Source of the DNA: Prorocentrum cordatum
Taxonomy: Eukaryota
Reading direction: 5' to 3'
DNA: 64,000 nt
Assembly: GCA_963575745.1 (NCBI GenBank)
Contig: CAUYUJ010000244.1
Coordinates: 1 to 64,000 of the forward strand
The notes beneath the pieces were generated by a model. That model worked only from the letters and a program-made list of their open reading frames with translations, searched no databases and was not told where the DNA came from. This document shows, one piece after another, positions 41,042 through 53,926 of the stretch (the first letter of the stretch is position 1; the number at the start of each line of letters is the position of its first letter). The translations under genes and the position numbers were made by a program.

Positions 41042-42889
41042 GTTTACAAAGTTCAATCCGTCCCTACGCCAGACTTGGACTCTCGATCTAGCCAGGCTAG
41101 ACTTCGCCCAGCCCCTGCGACTCCCACTCCCCTCTCCAAGCCCCCCCCCCCTCTTCAGACTCGTGCCCCTCGTGCCCTCCACATCCTCGTCCTCCACCTC
41201 CAGTGGCCCAAAGGGGGGGGAGGATAATGGGGGAGGGCCCCATGCCACATGGCGGAGGAGGGAAGGGAGTGCGAGTAGGAGGAGGGGGCGGAGGAGGAGG
41301 AGGAGGAGGAGGAGGAGGAGGAGGAGGAGGAGGAGGAGGAGGAGGGAGGAGGGGGAGGAGGAGAGGAGGGAGGAGGGAGGAGGAGGAGGAGGAGGAGGAG
41401 GAGGAGGAGGAGGAGGAGGAGGAGAGAGAGAGGAGGAGGAGGAGGAGAGGAGGAGGAGGAGGAGGAGGAGGAAGAGGAGGAGGAGGAGGAGGAGGAGGAG
41501 GGGGAGGGGGAGGGGGAGGAGGAGCAGGAGGTGGGGGGCTTATCTTACCAAGGTGCGCACTGCCCGTACCTGGCGGGCGCCTACTCTTCCTGCTGTGCTC
41601 GTCGCCGCCTTTACTTCTTAACTTTTTCCGTGGCGCCCGCCAGGTAGGTAGGTGTGTTGTGAACCGAGTCGTCTACTTGTTTTTCTGTTTTAGAACCCTA
41701 TAGGCTAGATCCTTAAGTCGGGCGAACGTAAAAAAGAGGAGGAAGAGGAGGATGCCCGCAGAAGCAGCCCTGGACTCCAGGGCTCGAGCTCGCATCCCTC
41801 GCCTGACCACCTGGCCCCAGCATCGCGTCACATCGCCAGCCGCTGAGTTTTCAGGTCCTCCAGCACTTCTCCTCCTCCTCCTCCTCATCCTCCTCCCTCC
41901 TCCTCCTCTCCTCCTACCTCCTCCTCCTCCCCCCTCCTCCTCCTCCTCCTCCTCCTCCTCCTCCTCCTCCTCCTCCTCCTCCTGGTCCCAGCATCGCGTC
42001 ACATCGCCAGCCGCTGAGTTGTCAGGTCCTCCAGCGTATTCCGTTGTCGGGCTGAGGTTCGTCAGAACTTCTTCGGCGCGCCCGCCTGTCATCCTCTCCC
42101 TGTATTTCCTCTTACGTTCCCATCTGGCCTATTCCTGCACCTGCTCCTGCGTCTTAGTCCGATTTCTATTTCTACTCTACCCTACCCCGTGGGCCTTATC
42201 ATTCTCAGGGATAGGCGACTCCGAGTAGGAATGCGTCGGACTGGACTGTATTCTGGTGTTCCCAGGCTCCGACCCAAACAATTCAATCAACACATGTGCA
42301 CGTCCACACAATCAAACGAACGTAATGGAGAAGATGATGCCCCGCTCCATACTTGATGCATATTAGCACGCCGCAAGTCTGGCAACATTGGAACTGATAC
42401 ATTCTGCGTGATGCAGGCTGCGGCAACCGTATATTCATCATGTGTGGGCGCTTATGGAGCGATGTGCGCAATTCCGAAATCTCTGTTTTCAGACAAGGAC
42501 GCACTCCCTGCACCGATACACCTGGCAACAATATCAGATGTCGCAGTCTGATAAGACATGGGTGGTTGTTACATCCCAGCTTCCGCTCGCCGCGGCACTG
42601 TATGCATAGTACTGTATAGTAATGCAGATCCCATCCGTGGTGTGTGTAGTAGTGCAGATTGACAGACGGTAGCAGGACCGAGAGAGAGAGAGAGAGAAAG
42701 AGGGACATAATGAGAGAGAGAGAGAGAGATAGGGAGCAAGCCGGCTGGTTGAGGCCTCACCTGTCTCATCGAAGCAGTGGCTCTCGACCCGCCCCGGCTC
42801 CGTGCTGGTGTCGTGGATCAGAGGCTGTTTGGGCCCTCGGGGGGGGGCCCATGGGGGCGTCCTTGGCGCTCCTTGAAGCTTCTTTAGAG

Positions 42890-42984
42890 GCCTCACTTGG
42901 TTCATCTACCTCTACGGGAACAAGCAGCTCGCGAAGAAGTACAAGCTCTCCCTGATGGGCGCGATGGGGCCCCTCATCAGCTGT
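42890..42984 (+). CDS. SLC26/SulP exon 5 (GLTWFIYLYGNKQLAKKYKLSLMGAMGPLISC)
   Basis: ttagAG|G acceptor and TGT|GC donor. TM helix, basic loop and 'GPL' pattern typical of SulP. Confidence 0.85.
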
Positions 42985-43289
42985 GCAACGGGCTCGGGGC
43001 CGCGGCGCGTCTCTGCACCAAATGCCGGCCGGACACGGTCGAATAGTGCAGGGTGCAGCGACGAGGGCGACGACTTCACACGACAACGACGGGTTGAGGC
43101 AAGGAGCGGGACCGAGGTTCGATGTTGGAGGTTTTCGGGCTTCGGGGTGGTTCCCAGCACGTCGATTTGCTGAGAATGTTCCAGAGGTGCCCAGGTCGTC
43201 AGATCGTCTCCAACGACCGCTGGAGATTCGAGCTTCGGCCCGAAAGCAAAAACTCTGGCGGGCGGGTTTTGGCTCCCAGATTTTGGTTG

Positions 43290-43437
43290 TAAGTCGGGCA
43301 TGTCCTTCTACAGGACGAATATGCAAAAATACAAAAAGTGCAGATTTTCTATTCTTTGTAGTTCTATGTTTGAATATTTGTTGGTTATTGTTTATTCGTC
43401 CTCCAAAATTCGCCTGTAGGGGGACGTGCCCGACCTA
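43290..43437. mobile_element. MITE family A
   Basis: TIRs taagtcgggcatgtcc / gggacgtgcccgaccta around an AT-rich core. Confidence 0.7.
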
Positions 43438-44899
43438 GTTTTAGTTTCTGGGGGACCCTCGTGTTCTGGCTGGGAGGACGTGGGGGCCCAGAGGAAGGGA
43501 GGACCAGATGCTGTAGGGGGAGGGGGGCGGGGAGGGAGGAAGGGCGGGGAGGAGGAGAGGTGGGGAGAGAGAGAGGGAGGGAGGACGCGGGAAGCAGGGA
43601 AAAGGGGGCAACGAGGCGAGCAGGGGAAGAAGTCTGAGGAATGCGGGAGGCATGTGGGAGTTGGGGGGGGGGCAGTTCACAAAGGGGGCAAGGGAGAAGA
43701 GACGAGGACAAGCCAGCTGCGCTCGCGCCACATCTGACATCCTCCCCTGTCGGTCCGCCGACTGGAGTGTCCTACAGGACCTTGGTCCCCGAAAGCATCA
43801 ATCCGACGTTGTGCAATCATAAGGGTGGCCTTGTGCATCGGAGGAGGAGGAGGAGGAGGAGCCGGTTGCGGATGAGCAGGAGGAGGGTGATGATGGGGGG
43901 TCGTACATCTTGGCATGAGACTTCCGTGGAGCACTCTTGGGCAAATTTCAAAGGAAGCCCCCCCAGAATTGAAACAGGTGGTTCCAGTTAAACTTCGCCT
44001 CCGCATTCTCCCCTCCTCCTCATCCAGTTGTTCTCCCTTCCTCCTCACGTCGGCATTATCCTCATCCTGCTCCTCCTCTTTCCCGTGCCTCATCTGGGAG
44101 GTTCAACATACATGCCTTGTGCGCAGGGGGGGGCGACAATTTGTTGTTGGGGTGGGAACTTTCAGTTGTATTGCTCACAAGAGCGGCGGGAACCACGCAC
44201 CGAATGGACCACACACAGACACAGCATGCGGATTGCACCACATCTCCAACCAAAACTTAAGGAACACGACACACAACGAAAAGCATAGATGTCACTACTT
44301 ACTCCAGTGCTCCACTGCCGTGCTGCTGCCTCTCTCCCCGTTCCATCCTCATTTCCACCACCCACCCCGCCGCCTTGAACCCCTCCTCCCCCCCCCCCTC
44401 CTCGCTGCCCTGCCCCATGAAGGGGAGCATGGAGAGAGAAGGAGGGGGAGGAGGAGACGGGGAGGAGGAGAAGGAGGGAACGCGAGGAGGCGCAGGAGGA
44501 GATGGAGGAGGAGGAGGAGGAGGACGACGAGGAGGAGGGAAGGACGAATCATCATGATGAGGAGTACGGTCAGGAGGAGGGTGAGGAGGTGGAGGGAGGA
44601 GGAGGAGCAGCAGCAGCAGAAGGAGGCGGAGGAGGCAGAGGACCACGGAGGAGCAGGAGGAGGAGGAGGAGTAGGAGCAGGAGGAGGAGGAGGAGGAGGA
44701 GGAGGATTGGGACGTGAGGAGCGATGAGGAGGAGTTTAGTCCTTCCTCCTCCTCATCCTCCTCCTGCCCCTCCTCCTTCCCCTCCTCCTTCCCCTCCTCC
44801 TCCTTTTCCTCTTCCTCCTCCTTCTCCGCCCAGGTGGTACAGCGTGGCATGCACACCGCACAGCCCGATGCTGTAACTGCCCCCTGGCCAGTGCGCGTC

Positions 44900-46214
44900 C
44901 CTGTGCCTGGTCGCACACGTGTGATTGTTTCTCGGCCTCATTCTGGCCGCTCTCGCTCGCCTGCGTGGCACCGTCGTCTGCGGAGGAGGCGGCCATGGGC
45001 TTGCAGCACATTGCAGACAGCGGCAGCCCGAGGCATATTGCAGCGATATCGCGGCTCTTCGGTACTGGGTGGCGGTGGCGACGACAAGGCTTGTAAGGCA
45101 TCCGCTGCTCCCTCGGCAAGAACGTCTACTGGCCCGCGCGAGCTCCGCTGGGCTCGTGCGGCAACCCGCCAATGCGGATGCACGAAGGACTTTGCTTGCA
45201 ACAGCAGTTGTTTCATGTGCGGGCGCGATCGCAGTGTGAAGCCCGATCCCTCTTTCGTGCCACGGGCTCCACCCAGCGGCAGGTCTCGTCGACGCTCGCA
45301 GCCTCGACCTCCAGGAGCTGCTGCAGGCAGTCGCAGGCGGAGCCACGGAGAACACCAGCATCTGATGAGGTGGCCAAGTGCCGTCGAGCTCTGGGTGCGC
45401 GCAAGAAGCTGGGGCTGGACGACCTCAGCACGCATCAAGCAGGCCAAGGTCGACTTGGGCGAGGCCGAGTCCCATGGAGAACACGGCATCTGATGAGGTG
45501 GCCAAGTGCCGTCGAGCTCTGGGTGCGTTCAAGACGCTGGTGCTGGACGACCTCAGCACGCATCGAGCAGGCCAAGGCCGACTTGGGCGAGGCCGAGCCC
45601 CGCGAGAGGGCGCAGAGGACCCCATGGCGACCTCTGGCGCCGCGCCTTGGACCGTCGGGCCGCCAAGTCCGAGAAAGCAGAGGAGCTCGAGTCCGCTGTC
45701 GAGGAGGGGGAAGGGGGAGGAGGAGGAGGAGGAGGAGGAGGAGGAGGAGGAGGAGGAGGCGGAGGAGGAGGAGGAGGGAGGAGAAGGAGGAGGAGGAAGC
45801 TCGGAGGAGGAGGAGGATGCGGAGGAGGAGGAGGAGGCGGAGGAGGAGGAGGAGGAGGATGAGGAAGCTCGGAGGAGGAGGCGGAGGCGGAGGAGGAGGC
45901 GGAGGAGGAGGAGGAGGAGGAGGAGGAGGACGACGAGGACCGCCGCCGGGCTGCGTCGCCCAGCAGATGGGCGACAAGATAGCAGCATACGACGTTGAAG
46001 CGGCTGAGCTGGTGCAGATTCAGGCCGAGGTCCACTTGGCGCGGACCGCCATGCTCACTCACACGGGTACCTCCAGCAGCGGCCGTTCTGAACTTCAGGC
46101 GGCACTTCAGCGACTCGACACCATTATTCAGGGAGTGCCTGGCAATCAGGAGGCACTGGTGGCATCTTTGCAGTCGCAGTTCTTGCAGCTTCCGCAGGCA
46201 GCAGGCTCAGGTGT
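44900..46214 (+). mobile_element. Degenerate LINE ORF1-like remnant (RanBP2-like zinc finger plus predicted coiled coil)
   Basis: 'W..ATRQCGCTKDFACNSSCFMCGR' at ~45150-45225 and a helical segment at 45960-46210. Contains an internal 128-bp duplication, a GGA tract and a hairpin insertion. Confidence 0.4.
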
Positions 46215-46369
46215 TAGGGGGCCAGCTGCGAACCCTACCCCCTACCCCCAACGATTTCTGAGGGCGAGGGTGGGGTTCACTTCGCTCGGGAGCTCCCGAG
46301 CGGAGTGAACCCCACCCTCGCCCTCAGAAATCGGGGGGGGTAGGGGTAGGGTTCGCAGCTGGCTCCCTA
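46215..46369. mobile_element. Fold-back palindromic element family B (centre GGGAG|CTCCC)
   Basis: Near-perfect ~155-bp palindrome flanked by GGTGT on both sides. Related copies at 6375-6495, 29327-29445 and 61827-61890. Confidence 0.8.
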
Positions 46370-46601
46370 GGTGTGGGGGGCAGCCCGCGCAGGTCGCTCC
46401 CGTCGCTCCCGCTCCCGTCGCTCCCGCTGTCGCTCCCGTTGCGAGGGCAGCTCCAGTGGCAAAGGCGCCGCGGCCCCGAGCGCCGTCCGTCGCGCGGGCT
46501 ACACCACCTCATGAACGACCATTTTTGAGTATTGTTTTGCATATATATATATATATGTATGTATATATAAATATATGTCTATATATATATATATGTGTTT
46601 C

Positions 46602-46638
<37 letters not shown>

Positions 46639-47310
46639 CTGTGTGTGTGTGTGTCTGTGTGTGTATGTTTCAAGGTTCGCCCACAACCCGCCTGTAGGGG
46701 GACATGCCCGACCCAAGGCGAGCACTCAGCACCAGTGGCTGCCCAGCCGGTCGTCGGCCCCGTCGGAACCGCAGCGGTTGAGCCCGAAGGCGAGGCGGCC
46801 CCCGAGGACCATGCGGCGTCCTCCCGCAGGACCCCGCGCGCAGCCTCCTGCGAGAGCAAGTCCCGCGCGCCAGCCCGAGCCTCCGCCACCCCGACGGACC
46901 TCGCCGCCTCGGCCGCAGCGAAGACAGGCAGGCTCTTGGCATCGCTCGGACGTGTGCACCTTTTTCTCGGCGGGGATTCTGAAGGAGCATCCTGGATCCT
47001 CCTGCGGCAAAAACCGCGCACGAGACCGAACATAAACACAGGGAATGGACGTCCGAGCGATGGGGAGGGCTGGGGGCGGCTGGGGACTGTTTGTGCGGCC
47101 CCCCCACCGCGCCAACTAGAACTTGTTCCTCGCCTACGGGCGGCGCCAGCGCTCCGCCGATGCCCACCCGCTCCGCGGGGCCCCTGTCGGGTGATTGCCC
47201 GGGCCCTCCACGGAGAGCTTTTGCCGTGCCGACGGGCTCCACCAGCGCGCGCCGCCGATGCTCACCTGCTCCAGGGCCAGCGCCTGCTGGCTGCCTCGGT
47301 CCACGTCGTA

Positions 47311-47400
<90 letters not shown>

Positions 47401-49040
47401 CGTCGTGTTCGTGGTCGAGGTCGTTCGTCGTCGTACGTCGTCGTCGATGATGAGGGCTCTGCTGAAGCTCTGCGCGTCGGCCGTCGGCACGTCCCCCCTT
47501 GGCCTCAGGGCCTCATGCATGCCGCAGCACCGGCCAGCCGCCGTCTGCAGCGGCGAGGCGGGATCGCCAGCTCCGTCATCGCCATCGACATTGGACGACG
47601 CCGCACACGGCTCCGGAGCGACGCGAGACGCTATCGGCGCCGCCAGGTTTGCCTCGTTCTCCACGTCGACGCCCTCGTGGATCTCTAGCTCGTCGAAGAC
47701 CTTCAAAACCAAAACAATAACAACAAAACATCTAGAGAGGAGGAGGAGGAGGAGGAGGAGGAGGAGGAGGAGGAGGAGGAGGAGGAGGAGGAGGAGGAAA
47801 AGGAGGAGAGGAGGAGGAGGAGGAGGAGGAGGAGGAGGAGAGGAGGAGGGGAAGGGAAGGGGGGAGGGGGAGGGGGAGGGGGAGGGGGAGGAGGACGGAG
47901 GGGAGGAGGAGGAGGAGGAGGAGGAGGAGGAGGAGAGGAGGAGGAGGAGGAGGAGGAGGAGGAAAAGGAGGAGGAGGAGGAGGAGGAGGAGGAGGAGGAG
48001 GACGCGGAGGCGGAGGAGGAGGACGAGGAGGAGGAGGACGAGGAGGAGGCGGAATCCCATTTTTTCCAGCTGCGGCGCGCCCGCGCTGCCACTCGCCACA
48101 TGGGTGTCGAGGGACGCGCAGGGCCTGCCGCAGCCGCCAGGCTGCGGGTCGCGTTTGCGGCCCCCCACCGCGCCCAGCAGAGAATTCGTACCTCGCCGAC
48201 GGGCTGCGCCATCGGCCCCGCTGATCCTCACCAGCGGCTCCGTGGCCTCCTACTTACCCGTTGCGAAAGTTATTCATCTTGAGCACTGACGACTAGGGCG
48301 TCTCCGAGTACCCCCCCCCCTTCCCCCCGTAGACTCCTAGCACGGCAGTCTTCGGCCTGGCTTGGCGGGAGAGATTTCCGGGGTTCTCCATGGTCACACT
48401 AGTAGTATATAACCAATTCAGGATAAAATCTCTCCCCCGTAAATTGACGAGGGAGAAATCACTCCCGGTCACTTCCGGGCAACTCTGAATCTCTCCCCGT
48501 GTGAAACCACAAGGAAGAATCACTCCCATACCACTTCTCACCACAGCGCCCACACATGTCAATTTCAGCCAAGATGAATTAACTTTCTTAACGGGGATGT
48601 AGATGGGGTCGGACTACATACATCTAGGCCTCCCAGATGAGGTCGGAGTAGATGGGGTCGGAGGATCGCGCCGCAGCGCCGATGCATCGGCGATGCGGCT
48701 CGATGCGGAGCCCGATTTCGTCCACGGCGACGTCGCCGATGCATCGCCCACGTCGACGATGAATCGCCGGTGCATCGCCGATGCATCGCCGATGTATCGC
48801 CGATGCATGCTCGATCCTCCGACCCCATCTACTCCGACCCCATCCAGGAGGCCTCTATAGTCTAGTGGAAGCCCAGGCCAAGAAGCACCCTGCTTGCCTC
48901 CAGGGTGCCCTGGGTTTCTCGGGTTTCGATGGTTCTGCGACGGAGAACGTGACGCTCCCACGCCAAACGGTCGATGGGCGTCCTGGGGCCTCAGGGTTGG
49001 GTTGTTTGTGGGAGGTTTCTTGTGGTCTAGCTGTTACTGT

Positions 49041-49197
49041 TAAGTCTGACTTGCCCCTCTACAGGGGGGATATTCGAGAATAGTAAAAAATAGTTTGGGG
49101 ATTATGTTTTGAGTATTTTTTGACCACTTTGGGTTATTGTTTGACTATTGCCTATTTTCCGTCGACAATCCCCCTGTAGGGGGACACGCCCGACTTG
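49041..49197. mobile_element. MITE family A
   Basis: TIRs; ~17-bp degenerate flanking direct repeat (ggtctagctgttactgt/agtctagcggctacttt). Confidence 0.7.
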
Positions 49198-49653
49198 AGT
49201 CTAGCGGCTACTTTACTGCCCTGGTTCCCTGCGGAGCTGCCCTGCGCGTTGGCCGTCGGCACGTGCTCCCTGGCCTCCATGCAGCACGGGCCCGGCCTTC
49301 GCGGTGCGACGCCGCCCTGACGGATCTCCGTGGTCTCCACGAGCTCCACGAGCTCGGCGGAGCGGACACCCTGCTCCCTGGCAGTCGGCATTGGACTCGC
49401 AGCCCTGGCGTCCGTGAGGAGTAGGAGCAGGAGGAGGAGGGGGAAGAGGAGGGGGAGGAGGAGGAGGGGGAAGAGGGGGAGGAGGGGGAGGAGGAGGAGG
49501 AGGAGGAGGAGGAGGAGGAGGAGGACGAGGAGGAGGAGGAGAGGAGGAGGAGGATAGCATAGAAACTGGAGCAGCGGGAGGAGGAATGGGGAGGACGCGG
49601 CGGCGGAAGAGCCTCAGCCGCCGTCGCAGTCGCGAGGGCGGCGACGGGCCGAG

Positions 49654-49712
49654 GTCGTCGGCATCCTGCTGCTGTGGCTCGTCGAGCCGCTGCGGCACGA
49701 CTTCCACGTGAA
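49654..49712 (+). CDS. SLC26/SulP exon 6 (VVGILLLWLVEPLRHDFHVK)
   Basis: gccgAG|G acceptor and AA|GT donor. Phase 0 to phase 2 bridges exons 5 and 7 exactly. Confidence 0.82.
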
Positions 49713-49747
49713 GTGCCTCGCCGGGCCGGCATCGTCCACCGCCAGAG

Positions 49748-49924
49748 TACAGTCAAAAACCCTAATAAGGACGCGCGACTTTGCTCAGGGTACCCTTGCG
49801 TCCTTGCTCTTCCTTGCTCTTGCGTCCTTCGGGTTTTCGTCGTCCGCCGCCCCAAAAATCCCAACTTCGGCTTCCAAGGGTCTTGCGTCCTTACCGCGCG
49901 TCCTTATTAGGGTTTTTGACTGTA
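49748..49924. mobile_element. Tc1/mariner(pogo)-type MITE family D (TA-CAGT...ACTG-TA)
   Basis: Perfect ~30-bp TIR tacagtcaaaaaccctaataaggacgcgcg with TA ends. Relatives at 12024-12392 and 16974-17130. Confidence 0.8.
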
Positions 49925-51079
49925 TGTCCACGTCCACCGCCTCGGAGTCGGGCCCTGCCCGCCCGCGCGGGCGGGCGGGCACACGTCCAGGCCCACCACC
50001 ACTGCCCCGCCACAGGACTCCCCGCGGCGGTGGATCTGGGCACATCCCGGCGGCGCGGCATCGGCGGCGCGAGGGCGGAATCCTCTGGTCGGGGAGGGGC
50101 CACTCCTCATCCTCACCCCTCCGCCTACCATTCACCATCATCATCCATCCTCCTCCTCCTGTCCTCCTCCTCCCTCCTCCCTCCCTCCTACTCCACCTCA
50201 TCCTCCTCATCCCCTCTTCCTCCCCCCCCCCCCCTCTCTTTCCCTTCCTCCTTTTTCACGATTCCTCCCCACTTCCTTCCCCCATCCTCCTCTTCCCCTC
50301 CTCTTCCTCTCTCCTCCTCTCCTCCTCATCCTCCTCTCCTCCTCCTTCTCCCCCTCCTCCCCTCTCCTCCCCCTCCTCCCTCCTCCCCCTCCTCCCCCTC
50401 CTCCTCCTCCTCCTCCTCCTCCTCCTCCTCCTCCTCCTCCTCCTCCTCCTCCTCCTCCTCCTCCTCCTCCTCCTCCTCCTCCCGGGCGAGCGCGAAGATG
50501 GCCGTGCTGCTCGCGCCGCGGTCTGGGCCAGAGGGGGGGGCCCTTCTCCACGGGGGCGGCGCGCGGGCGGGGTGCGCGCAGGGAGTCGGCGCGGGGGGGT
50601 AAAGTCTTGCCGCGTCGCGCACGTCCACCAGCACATCAAGCGAGTATTCGTATGCGAGCCGTCGTGATATGGGAGGAGGAGGAGGAGGAGGAGGAGGAGG
50701 AGGAGGAGGAGGGGAAGGAGGGGGGAGGAGGGGGGAGGAGGGAGGGAGGGAGGGAGGGAGTGGCAGGCGAGGGAGGGGAGGGGGGGAGGGGAGGGAGGAG
50801 GGAGGGAGGGGAGGGAGGGAGGGAGGAGGAGGCGGAGGGAGAGGAGGAGGAGGAAGGAGGGAGGAAGAGGAAGAGAAGGGAAGAAGAAGAAGAGACGAGG
50901 AGGAGGAGGAGGAGGAGGAGGAGGAGCAGCTGGCTAGCCAGTGGGGTGGGGTGGGGGATCGGGGGCACCGGTCAAACCGAAGCCTGGGCCAACCGGAGCA
51001 GCCCCTAGCAATGGCCAACTTCTGGATGGTTGGGAGCTTCTTGGAGGCCTCGTCGTGCCTTTTCAGGTCTTTTTCTGTC

Positions 51080-51270
51080 GAAGAAGAAAACCACATAATC
51101 ATAAACTTTTGGCGTTCCGCGCGGAGTTCTTGGATCCGCGCCTGGGCCCCCCGGCGGCGCCTCCGGCGCCGCCCCTGGCGCGCTCCGCGCGCCAGGGAAG
51201 AGGGTCCAGCGCGGATCCAAGAAATCCGCGCGGAGCGCCAAAAGTTTACGTGTATGCGTTTTTCTTCTTC
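51080..51270. mobile_element. MITE family G (long TIR, GC-rich core)
   Basis: Long inverted termini. The core ggcggcgcctccggcgccgcccctggcgcgctccgcgcgcc is shared with the copy at 15812-16008. Confidence 0.7.
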
Positions 51271-53171
51271 TATTCTGGGCCTCCTTGGGTGCCCTTGGGG
51301 CATCATTTGGCGGCTCTTGGGGATCTGTTGAGGGCTTTCTGCAGTTCTTCTGGGGCCATCCTGGATGTTCAACAGGCAAGTGGTTTCAGTTCTTGACACT
51401 TCACGTGCACTCCCGCCAGCCAGTCCAGAAACGATGCCCGGGCGAGTTGGGCTGATCAGGACTTGTGGGAGCAATCAGTGGCCTAGATAGGGGGGCAGTC
51501 GTAAAGCCGAATCTGGGGGTCAGCCTGAGCAGACTCAGGAGCCAACCAGACATGCCTTCGCGAGTCTTTCGATACGTGAGCCTCTTGGCCGCTCACTTGG
51601 GCCATCTAGGTGCACTTTTAGAAGCACTTGCGGCTCTTGGCTCTTGTTGCACTTTTAGAAGCATTTGGAGGACGGGGGGGCCCTCCTGACGCCATCGTGG
51701 AGGATATCGGTCAAAGAAGGGGGCACGTACTCTGACAAGGTCTTCTGAAGCCCCAAACATCACATATTGGGGCCTTCCTGGGGTGCTCTTGGGGCCGTCT
51801 CGGGGCCATCTTGGGCCCCTCTTGGGGCCCTGTCGGGCACAATGTTTGGCCATCTTGGGGCCTCAGAAGCCCATCGGGAGCGACAAGTTGAGAAATCAGA
51901 CGTAATTTGTTTCCCCAGGTGTTGGAAGGGGACTTGGGCCTCCGAAGGGCCTCCTTGGGAAGCTCCGTGGCCACCTGGAGCTGTCTTTCGAGTTATATCG
52001 TTTGGGCCTCTGGGATGTACTTTGGAGGCTGGAGTGGGCCATCTTAGGGTGCAGGCTAGATATATTGTTGGAGGCTGGGTATATATATATAAATATACAT
52101 ATATATATATATATATATACGTGTATATATACATATATATACGTACATACACACATATATATAATTGGTGACTGGATGGGCCATTTTAGGATATATGTTT
52201 GGAGGCTATATCTGTACCCATATATATATATATACATGTGTATAGATTCGGAGACCGTCGCGGGCTGTCTGCGGCCCTCTTGGAGCTCTCTCGGGCGCTC
52301 TGGCCGCTCGCGGACTCCCCGTCCAGAGCCAAGGGATGGGGCGGGGGGTCCTCGAAGCAGGAAAGCGCTCAAAGTAGACTCCAGGCGATGCTTAAGAAAA
52401 CCCAAGTTTTCGGCCAGAGTCTCGATTTTGCTTAACGTTTCAATGTAAATCTTAAGATTGTAATCGACATGTTGGGTTTTTATTCAAGTTCTGAGACTAT
52501 GAATTTCTTAACCCATGATTTCTTAAGCATTTCGCAGGGTGTAGACTGGAATATGGGAAGTTAAAAATACCCACTTTCAACGACCGATGGTTGAGGAACG
52601 AAGCGGTTTTTTCCCGGCCCCGGAACGAACCTTTGGGGGCAGGGATGAGGGTCTCGTGTCCTCTCGCGTGTCCTGCCCAGTCAAGGCCGACTGTGTTTCT
52701 CTGAGGCGGAGGCTTCCGCCCGAAAGTGTAAGTCGGTACGTCAGCCACAGTACGGCGGGCCCAGACTTAGGGCCCTCTTGGGGCTGCTCTCTTGGGCGAT
52801 CCTGGAGCAGTCTCGCGGCCTCGAGAGCCCGTCGGAAGCGACAGGGCGAGAAGGCACAACCGCTGGGTTCCTTCACGTGCTGGACGGAATTTTTGGCCCC
52901 TGGGCTGGGCTCCGTGGCAACTTGGAGTCGTCTAGGAGCGGTCTTGGGGCCTCTTGGACGCATGTCCGACGCTATCTTGCGCCGTATTCGAGTATCTTCG
53001 GCCATTTGGGGATACATGGGGATATCTTAGGGCCACCTGTCACAGAGAACCCTCTGACACATCCCTGCACCCAGGGAGTCGCACGCTCCCGCCCGCCCTC
53101 CCGCCACACAACCCGAGGCTCAGCATCCGCAGGGGCCGCGATCGGATTCGCGGCCGGTGGGAACCAGGCCA

Positions 53172-53338
53172 TAGGGCGACGAGATCTATACATATCCACT
53201 GCTCCTGGCCCGGCCCATCCTGGGCCCAGGAGCTGTGTATACGCCCTCCTGGCCAGGCCAGGAGGGCGTATACACCGCTCCTGGGCCCAGGATGGGCCTG
53301 GCCAGGAGCAGTGGATATGCATAGATCTCGTCGCCCTA
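53172..53338. mobile_element. Fold-back palindromic element family F
   Basis: ~167-bp near-perfect palindrome with a 6-bp TSD AGGCCA. Related palindrome at 12884-13023. Confidence 0.8.
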
Positions 53339-53405
53339 AGGCCATGCGCCAGGCGCGCGGCGCTCGCACGCTCGCGAGGTGCGCCGGGCGACGATGACGA
53401 CGACC

Positions 53406-53505
<100 letters not shown>

Positions 53506-53752
53506 CGCGCGGCGCTCGCACGCTCGCGAGGTGCGCATCGGGCGCGCCTCGCGCCTCGGGCGTGCTGGGCGCCCCAAGGGCACGAGCGTGCCCCCGGCGC
53601 GCCAGGGGCGCTCCACGCTCGCCAGGTGCGGCAGGTGCTGCTCCGCCCGCGCCGGGTGCGCCACGTGCGCGGCGCGCACAGAGTGAGTCTCCTCCTCCTC
53701 CTCCTCCTCGATCCTCCTCCTCCTCCTCCTCCTCCTCAATCACAACCTTTTT

Positions 53753-53926
53753 TACGGAAAGAATGGGTACAATGCCCAACAGCAGTTCCTGCTCGTTTTG
53801 GACAGGACTCGCCGTCCGCGCCGCCGCGGCCTGTGTCCGCTCGAGTCAGGAGGCCGCCTGCCCAGCAGCGGCCGCTGTTGGTTGGGGACACAGCTGTTGT
53901 TGGGCATTGTACCCATTCTTTCGGTA
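53753..53926. mobile_element. TA-bounded MITE-like element (TIR tacggaaagaatgggtacaatgcccaacagcag)
   Basis: ~33-bp inverted repeat with TA at both ends; single copy in the window. Confidence 0.6.

Noticed and set aside
42985..42991. Alternative exon 5 end at 42991 (..CATG|GC)
   Set aside because: A phase-1 end does not fit the AG|GTC acceptor of exon 6; the 42984 donor does.
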